This document shows positions 6,802 through 11,957 of a DNA stretch of 13,610 bases, in pieces (position 1 is the stretch's first letter; the number at the start of each line of letters is the position of its first letter). The DNA lies in NCBI GenBank assembly GCA_022565655.1, contig JAIUMG010000052.1, forward strand, positions 1 to 13,610, given 5' to 3'. This stretch comes from Alkalimonas sp. Its GTDB lineage: Bacteria; Pseudomonadota; Gammaproteobacteria; Enterobacterales; Alteromonadaceae. The notes under the pieces are model-generated. The model did not search any database. It was not told where the DNA came from and was given only the letters and a program-made list of their open reading frames with translations. A program made the position numbers and the translations under genes.

Positions 6802-8393
6802 GCTGGCAGTATCACGACCGTCAGCTCAAGCTGGTTTTTAATCGTGATGAACAAAGAGCACGCGCTGCGGCTCAGCCTCCTGAGTTGTACCAGCAAGATG
6901 GTGTGCAGGCCATGATGCCACTGGACCCAGCAGGTGGCGGCAGTTGGTTGGCCGCGAATGAAGATGGTTTTGTGGTGTGCTTACTGAATGATTATACGTC
7001 CAGTTTCCAACCTGCAGAAGATGAACGACAAAGTCGTGGGCTTTTGGTAAGACAATTAGCCCACTGTCGTAGTTGGTTGGAACTGGATTCATGGTTGCAA
7101 CCCGAGCTTATGCAGCGCTATGCCCCCTTTAAACTGTTGATTTTCTATCAGCAGCAAGAACCTTTGTTGTGGCACTGGAATGGCAACCACTTGCAACAAA
7201 GCCTGGCGGTTCGCTCACCGGTCTCTAGCTCTAGTGCGATGCCCCGTTTGATCCCAAGGCTGCGCGAACGCCGGATCCAGCGGTTGATGTCGGCCCCGAT
7301 TGATGCATCCACGCATCTGGCTCTGCATCGGCAGGCAAAGCCTTTGCATCGCTTTTTTGGCATCGCCATGCAGCGAGAAAAAGTACAGACCGTCAGCATC
7401 ACGATGGTCAACTGGCAGAGCAACCATATCGAGATGACGTATTGGGGTGGGCACCCGGCAAGGCACCAAGCCACTACAGATCGCCGTTTGACCTTGCCAC
7501 TGGTTTCAACACCTGAGCAAGGTGCTGATGGTTTTGCTACTCGGCTGGATGTGCGCGATTTAATGCAGCGCTTTAGCCCGGCAGTTAGCCGGCGCTTAAC
7601 AGGGTGGCAGTGGTCGTTGCTGCGCTGGTTATTGGCAGAAAAACCGTTAAATCAGGGGCTGCAATGGTTGAATCAACAACCGGCTGAACGCTTTTGCGAC
7701 ATCGCTTTGCAACGGCTCGGCTTGCAGCCTCATGTCGTCGCCTGTCGCTGGCCAGCATCAGCCACCCGGCCCGTTTTTGTCTGCAATCATCCCACCGGTG
7801 GCATTGATGGCTTAGTGCTGATCAGTATATTGAAAAAGCGCTATCCAGATCTAAAAGTCATTGCCAACGAGGTGCTGTCGGAAGTGCAGCAGTTGGCAGA
7901 TTGCATTGTGCCGGTATCGGTGTTTGGTAATGTTCGGGCATCCTTACCACGGGTGCAAGCTGCCTTTGCCAGTGATGCACCTTTGCTGATTTTCCCGGCG
8001 GGGCGAACGGCAAGAGCAGAGCCAAAGCTGGGGCTGGATGATGGACCTTGGGCGAAATTAGCTGTGACTCTGGCGCGCCGCGAGCAACGCAGCATGACGG
8101 TTTTGCACCTGCAAAGCCGAAATTCATGGGGGTTTTACCTGCTGGCACGATTACGACGTTGGTTGGGGATCAGTACCAACCTGGAGATGCTGCTGTTGGT
8201 GCGAGAAATGCTGAAACCGGCGATGAAACAGCCCAGGCTTTATGTTGATGTACCCATGCACCCGTTGGAGTTAACGGCGTTAGCCGATACGGATCGGCAA
8301 CGTATCAGCTGGTTAAAACGCCGATGCTACCAATTACCCCGAGTGTATCAGGAGGAACCCAATGCGACCGTTAAACCCAGTTGCAGCCGCTGA
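6789..8393 (+). CDS. Fusion protein: N-terminal NRDE-family (TANGO2-like, Ntn-hydrolase-fold) domain plus C-terminal lysophospholipid/OlsA-like acyltransferase domain
   Basis: One uninterrupted 534-codon frame. Residues 1 to ~238 start with MCT and carry FNRDE (NRDE at 6840-6851), the family signature. Residues ~251-534 carry VFVCNHPTGGIDGL (His at 7788-7790) and LLIFPAGRTAR (7992-8009), which are PlsC-superfamily catalytic blocks. No Shine-Dalgarno or obvious start is visible at the domain junction (7500-7565). It overlaps the upstream gene by 13 nt. Confidence 0.75.
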   Translation: MCTLSWQYHDRQLKLVFNRDEQRARAAAQPPELYQQDGVQAMMPLDPAGGGSWLAANEDGFVVCLLNDYTSSFQPAEDERQSRGLLVRQLAHCRSWLELDSWLQPELMQRYAPFKLLIFYQQQEPLLWHWNGNHLQQSLAVRSPVSSSSAMPRLIPRLRERRIQRLMSAPIDASTHLALHRQAKPLHRFFGIAMQREKVQTVSITMVNWQSNHIEMTYWGGHPARHQATTDRRLTLPLVSTPEQGADGFATRLDVRDLMQRFSPAVSRRLTGWQWSLLRWLLAEKPLNQGLQWLNQQPAERFCDIALQRLGLQPHVVACRWPASATRPVFVCNHPTGGIDGLVLISILKKRYPDLKVIANEVLSEVQQLADCIVPVSVFGNVRASLPRVQAAFASDAPLLIFPAGRTARAEPKLGLDDGPWAKLAVTLARREQRSMTVLHLQSRNSWGFYLLARLRRWLGISTNLEMLLLVREMLKPAMKQPRLYVDVPMHPLELTALADTDRQRISWLKRRCYQLPRVYQEEPNATVKPSCSR

Positions 8394-9258
8394 GCCAACT
8401 GATTGCATTCAGCAAGAGCTAGCCGCCTTAACGCCCATCGCCGAAGTGCGTGGCTTGCAAGTTTTTCGTGCCCAGGCCAGCCAGATCCCATCCACCTTGC
8501 TGGAGATTGGCCGCATACGTGAGCAAGTGTTTCGCGATGCTGGGGCCGGGCGCAACCTGGAGCGCGACCTGGATGCGCTGGATTATGGCGATGCAGCCTA
8601 CCATCAATTGATTGTATGGGATCCTCAGCGCCGCGAGTTGGTGGCTTTGTATCGTTATCAACTCGGCTGGCTGGCTGCACAACACGGTGTATCGATTTTA
8701 CGAACCAGCCAACTGTTTGATTACAGCCAGGCTTTTCAGCAGCAGGTGTTGCCTTACGGCATCGAGCTTGGGCGCTCCGTAGTGAACCAGCAGGCAAAAG
8801 GCCGAGCATTGGGTTTTTTTGCGCTCTGGGCCGGGCTTGGAGCTTTAGCCCGCCTGTATCCGCAGCTGCGCTATTTTTTCGGCAATGTCTCGTTGTATCA
8901 GGGCCTGGGGCAAGCCGGTATCGACTGTATGGTGCAGTTCTGCCAGCAGCTTTATCTGCCCCCTGAACCCATGATGCTGGCAAAAGCAGGGTTAAGTTTT
9001 GAGCCCAGACGGCAGCTGGAGACCGCATCGCTTATTGACGAAACGTCAGCTGTACGAATCAAGCACCTGCAACAGTACCTGAAATCGCTGGGTTGCCGTT
9101 TGCCGCCTATTTTGCAGTCCTACCTGGGAGTAGGCAATGCCATCTGGTTTGACGATGCGGCGCTGGATAACGACTTTGGTCAAGCTTATGAGCTCAGCAT
9201 CATGGTGCCATTGACTGCTGTCAGTGGTGCCATTCGGCAGCGGTTTATTGATTTATAA
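8362..9258 (+). CDS. OlsB-like GNAT N-acyltransferase (PF13444-type, lyso-aminolipid / N-acyl amino acid synthase family)
   Basis: LLEIGRIREQVFRDAGAG....ERDLDALDYGDAAYHQLIVWDPQRRELVALYRY matches the N-terminal signature I recall for OlsB/hemolysin-like GNATs. A perfect AGGAGG (8350-8355) lies 6 nt before ATG 8362, inside the end of the upstream gene (32-nt overlap). It is adjacent to the cognate-type acyltransferase. Confidence 0.7.
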   Translation: MRPLNPVAAAEPTDCIQQELAALTPIAEVRGLQVFRAQASQIPSTLLEIGRIREQVFRDAGAGRNLERDLDALDYGDAAYHQLIVWDPQRRELVALYRYQLGWLAAQHGVSILRTSQLFDYSQAFQQQVLPYGIELGRSVVNQQAKGRALGFFALWAGLGALARLYPQLRYFFGNVSLYQGLGQAGIDCMVQFCQQLYLPPEPMMLAKAGLSFEPRRQLETASLIDETSAVRIKHLQQYLKSLGCRLPPILQSYLGVGNAIWFDDAALDNDFGQAYELSIMVPLTAVSGAIRQRFIDL

Positions 9259-9280
9259 CACGCAAAGGAGTACTAAAAAG

Positions 9281-9886
9281 CTAGCCTTTCTCTTTTGGGG
9301 TAGAGCTGCCTAAACCACCGCTCAGCACCAGCTGCAAGGCTTCTGCAGGTTTCATATCGATGTTTTTGGTGCAGCTTTGCGGCACGATGATCGTATAGCC
9401 GCCCACGTTGTAGGCCATCGGGATAAACACCGCCAGCTGTGCTTCACCCATCAAAGACGACATGCGGTCGCCTTCAATGCCGCCTTTTTTGGTGACAATA
9501 CCAATCAACTCAATTTCCGTGCCTGGCAGTTTCACCATCACCACAGAGCCATCGGAAAAGCTTTTACCGGACATCACATCGATTAAATCTTGCAGCATGC
9601 CGTAAATTTGTTTGGTGCCCGGCAGCTTTAACAGCAACCGGCCTGGCAGCTGCCACAACCAGTCAAAGCTTCGCCAGCGGGCACTGAATCCAATGACAAC
9701 ACACAGCAGGAAAAAAGCCGCGATCGCCATGCCCGGCCAATACCACTTGGCAGGCAGAACCAACTCCAGCACTGGTGCCAGCCAGGACTCAACCGTGATC
9801 AGCAACCAACGAATCAGCTCTATGGTAATAACGATGGGCAGAATAATGGCAAGGCCTTTGGCCAGGCTTTTGGCGATAATTTTCAT
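9281..9886 (-). CDS. DUF502-family integral membrane protein
   Basis: Two N-terminal TM helices (GLAIILPIVITIELIRWLL, WPGMAIAAFFLLCVVIGF) followed by LPGTKQIYGMLQDLIDVM are typical of DUF502. Start moved to ATG 9884-9886 (MKIIAKSL) with AGGA upstream. The track's 9934 start adds a non-hydrophobic 16-aa extension. Confidence 0.7.
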   Translation of the reverse strand: MKIIAKSLAKGLAIILPIVITIELIRWLLITVESWLAPVLELVLPAKWYWPGMAIAAFFLLCVVIGFSARWRSFDWLWQLPGRLLLKLPGTKQIYGMLQDLIDVMSGKSFSDGSVVMVKLPGTEIELIGIVTKKGGIEGDRMSSLMGEAQLAVFIPMAYNVGGYTIIVPQSCTKNIDMKPAEALQLVLSGGLGSSTPKEKG

Positions 9887-10038
9887 GAGGTTTCCTAGCG
9901 GTTCACTGTGTTCGATGCTCGTGCAGCGCGGCAACGCAACTCATCATAAAGAAATAATCGCTTGATAGCCATGAGTTTGGTAGTTGGTTGACGACACTGT
10001 AGAGAGGCGACAGGTGATGCTAGTGGAGATACGATAAA

Positions 10039-10115
10039 TGGTGGCCCCTCCCAGACTCGAACTGGGGACCTAACGATTATGAGTCGTGTGCTCTAACCAA
10101 CTGAGCTAAGGGGCC
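10039..10115 (-). tRNA. ileX: tRNA with CAU anticodon, most likely tRNA-Ile2 (lysidine-modified, ileX-type) rather than elongator tRNA-Met
   Basis: The reverse complement GGCCCCTTAGCTCAGTTGGTTAGAGCACACGACTCATAATCGTTAGGTCCCCAGTTCGAGTCTGGGAGGGGCCACCA folds into a clean 77-nt cloverleaf: 7-bp acceptor, GCTC/GAGC D stem, CTCATAA loop, CCCAG/CTGGG T stem, encoded CCA. The acceptor GGCCCCU and the C29-G41 pair match E. coli ileX as I recall it, not metT. Confidence 0.9.
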
Positions 10116-10138
10116 ACGCTAATAGAAACTGTTGTACT

Positions 10139-10152
10139 ATGTGTATACACAT
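10139..10152. repeat. Perfect 14-bp palindrome ATGTGTATACACAT in the tRNA leader / intergenic region
   Basis: The sequence equals its own reverse complement. It lies 24 nt upstream of the tRNA 5' end and downstream of the candidate tRNA promoter. Confidence 0.9.
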
Positions 10153-10172
10153 CCAAGCACAAAGCGGCTTGC

Positions 10173-10201
10173 AGTATAGAAACTTTTGCTGGCGTTGTCA
10201 T
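10173..10201 (-). promoter_or_regulatory. Candidate sigma-70 promoter for the tRNA gene
   Basis: Read on the minus strand: ATGACA (plus 10196-10201), an exact 17-nt spacer, then TATACT (plus 10173-10178). A GC-containing discriminator (GCAAGCC) follows. This implies a ~55-nt 5' leader before the mature tRNA end. Confidence 0.45.
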
Positions 10202-10371
10202 CCGGCTTTCGCTGCCAAAAGCAGTTAAGCGATGGTTTTTTGTTCACTTGATGCTGGGGTTGTGCTTTACCCGGAAAAGAAACATTAACAATTATACGCT
10301 TATTGATGTGGCTGAGATGAAAAAGCATGACTAGACTCTAATTTAATACAGTCTAAATAAAGGGCTTTGCC

Positions 10372-11481
10372 ATGTCGCATCGTAAGTGTTTTTTATTTCC
10401 TGCTTTAATACTCGCCATGCCGGTCGCCGCAGTTGATATGCAGTACAGTGGCTTTCTAACCATAGGTGCTGGCACCATCATTGATAGCAAGGGGCCTGGT
10501 TATGACTATGAAGGGTTTGATTGTCCTTGCTTTGTTTCTGATTTCAATACGGCAGGGTTCTATGAACGTGGTGAAATTGGTTGGAAGCAGGATAGTCGCT
10601 TAGGTTTACAGGCGACGGCTCGCTTTCGTCCTGGACTGTCGCTGACGGCTCAGGGGGTCGCCCGTGGCGTAGACTCCAGCCTTAATCTGGAGTGGCTGTA
10701 TTTAAGCTATGATCTGACTGATGAGCTGACCTTGCAAGTGGGGCGAAAGCGGATCCCTCTGTATTACTACTCTGATTTTCAGGATGTAGGCTTGGCGTAT
10801 ATTTGGGCTCGTCCAACACAAGCACTTTACGGTTGGGAGGCCAGCAATTACAACGGTGCTAGTGTTCGTTATGCTACTTACTCCGGGCGCTGGGAAATTC
10901 AGAGCAGCCTTTTTGCCGGTAGAGAAACCGTTAAAAAGTCTGGTTTCGCACGAATCTATGATGAGGTTGCCCAAGATATTCGTTGGAAAAATATCATCGG
11001 TGCTGATCTTGAAGTAACCAGAGACTGGTTTACAGCGCGAGTGGTGTACTTGCAGTCAGATAACTCTATTACTGATAAGCCAGATGATACAGAGTTTCTT
11101 AGCCCTTCGGATAAACAGCAGGTATTTGGTTTAGCGTTGAATGCTGATTTCGGTGATTGGCTGATTTTGTCTGAGTTTAATACCAATACCCGGGAAAGCC
11201 GTGAAGATGGTTTGAAAGTACCGGCACCGGCCATGAGTGTTGGGGTTGGACGTCGGATTGGTGCCTGGACACCTTTTATTAACTACGCTCGTTTTTGGGA
11301 AAAAGCCAAAGATGATGAGTATGAAAATGAGCGCTTCATTGATGTGTCGGCTACCTTACGTTATGACCTGACCTCATCGAGTGCTTTTAAGGTTCAGATT
11401 AATCGTTTCTCAGATCGTTCTCAGTTCGAATTTGTTGGGTATACAACCTTGCTCAGCGCAAATTACAACTTGGTGTTCTGA
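10372..11481 (+). CDS. Outer-membrane beta-barrel protein (putative porin), family not identified
   Basis: Signal peptide (MSHRKCFLFPALILAMPVAA). The sequence has alternating aromatic/hydrophilic beta-strand periodicity throughout and a C-terminal ...LSANYNLVF ending in Phe, the typical OMP signature. AAGGG Shine-Dalgarno lies 7 nt upstream. Confidence 0.7.
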   Translation: MSHRKCFLFPALILAMPVAAVDMQYSGFLTIGAGTIIDSKGPGYDYEGFDCPCFVSDFNTAGFYERGEIGWKQDSRLGLQATARFRPGLSLTAQGVARGVDSSLNLEWLYLSYDLTDELTLQVGRKRIPLYYYSDFQDVGLAYIWARPTQALYGWEASNYNGASVRYATYSGRWEIQSSLFAGRETVKKSGFARIYDEVAQDIRWKNIIGADLEVTRDWFTARVVYLQSDNSITDKPDDTEFLSPSDKQQVFGLALNADFGDWLILSEFNTNTRESREDGLKVPAPAMSVGVGRRIGAWTPFINYARFWEKAKDDEYENERFIDVSATLRYDLTSSSAFKVQINRFSDRSQFEFVGYTTLLSANYNLVF

Positions 11482-11497
11482 TAAAAAGCAGGAGTAG

Positions 11498-11908
11498 ATG
11501 ATGATGAAAGCACTATGTTTGGTTCTGTTTGTTGTGTTGCAAGCTGCTGCTTATGCTGATATTGCCGTGATCGTACATCCATCACAAGGTATCACTATCA
11601 GTCAGGATGATATCAACCGGGTATTTATGGGACGCGCTGGAGACATTGCGGGCGAAACCTTTATCCCCATTAATCTGGTTGATTCTCACCCCGCAAAAGC
11701 GCAGTTTGATCAAAATGTATTGGGACGCTCGTCAAGCCAGGTGAAAGCATACTGGTCCAGGTTAGTATTTACTGGTAAGGGGTCACCGCCAAAAGAAGTG
11801 AGCTCGGAAACCGAAGTCATGGCCTTGGTTGCCAAAAATCCTAATATTATTGGTTATGTGCCACTAGACTTGGTCGATGACTCGGTCCGAGTCGTCGCAA
11901 CATTTTAA
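11498..11908 (+). CDS. Secreted half-size PstS-like / type-2 periplasmic-binding-fold protein
   Basis: Signal peptide MMMKALCLVLFVVLQAAAYA followed by DIAVIVHPSQ. The blocks ISQDDINRVFMGR, YWSRLVFTGKG and NPNIIGYVP resemble the short proteins usually auto-annotated as phosphate ABC transporter substrate-binding protein. Three tandem ATGs occur at 11498, 11501 and 11504. AGGAG at 11490-11494 favours 11501 or 11504 as the true start. Confidence 0.65.
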   Translation: MMMKALCLVLFVVLQAAAYADIAVIVHPSQGITISQDDINRVFMGRAGDIAGETFIPINLVDSHPAKAQFDQNVLGRSSSQVKAYWSRLVFTGKGSPPKEVSSETEVMALVAKNPNIIGYVPLDLVDDSVRVVATF

Positions 11909-11924
11909 TACGTGAATCATGTTT

Positions 11925-11953
11925 GAAAAAAAGGCGCCGGGTAGGCGCCTTTG
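11925..11953 (-). terminator. Bidirectional Rho-independent terminator (strong for rpoD, weaker for the plus-strand pair)
   Basis: An 8-bp stem pairs AAGGCGCC (11931-11938) with GGCGCCTT (11944-11951) around a 5-nt loop. On the minus-strand transcript the hairpin is followed by a U7 run (plus-strand A-run 11925-11932). On the plus strand only TTT follows. It lies 5 nt beyond the rpoD stop. Confidence 0.8.
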
Positions 11954-11957
11954 CTGA

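Noticed and set aside
7500-7565. Possibility that 6789-8393 is two genes, with an internal restart at GTG 7551 or ATG 7563
   Set aside because: There is no in-frame stop between the domains and no Shine-Dalgarno-like purine run upstream of either codon, so a single fusion polypeptide is the simplest reading. Independent internal initiation cannot be excluded from sequence alone; see the corresponding finding.
8348-9028. 226-aa minus-strand ORF overlapping the OlsB-like gene
   Set aside because: It lies entirely antisense to a CDS with clear family motifs. Its Arg/Ala/Pro-rich composition is typical of antisense frames in GC-rich coding DNA, and it has no start context.
9264-9289. AAAGG...CCTTT pairing between the convergent OlsB-like and DUF502 genes as a terminator
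   Set aside because: The stem is only 5 bp with a 16-nt loop, and it overlaps the DUF502 stop codon. This is too weak to call.
9887-9934. Upstream start at 9934 for the DUF502 gene
   Set aside because: It is a non-ATG start adding 16 residues before the conserved MKxx...TM1 beginning. ATG 9886 has an AGGA ribosome-binding site.
10139-10152. The 14-bp palindrome as a CRP site
   Set aside because: CRP needs TGTGA-N6-TCACA. Here the TGTG and CACA halves are separated by only 4 nt, so the spacing is wrong.
10137-10328. 63-aa minus-strand ORF in the tRNA/porin intergenic region
   Set aside because: It overlaps the candidate tRNA promoter and the palindrome, has no Shine-Dalgarno and no recognisable motif, and lies in an AT-rich spacer where random ORFs are expected.
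9935-11957. tRNA-targeted genomic island or prophage remnant
   Set aside because: There is no integrase, no transposase, and no direct repeat of the tRNA 3' end that I could find by eye flanking the two-gene insert. Only a modest GC dip supports foreign origin, so it is reported merely as a compositional observation.
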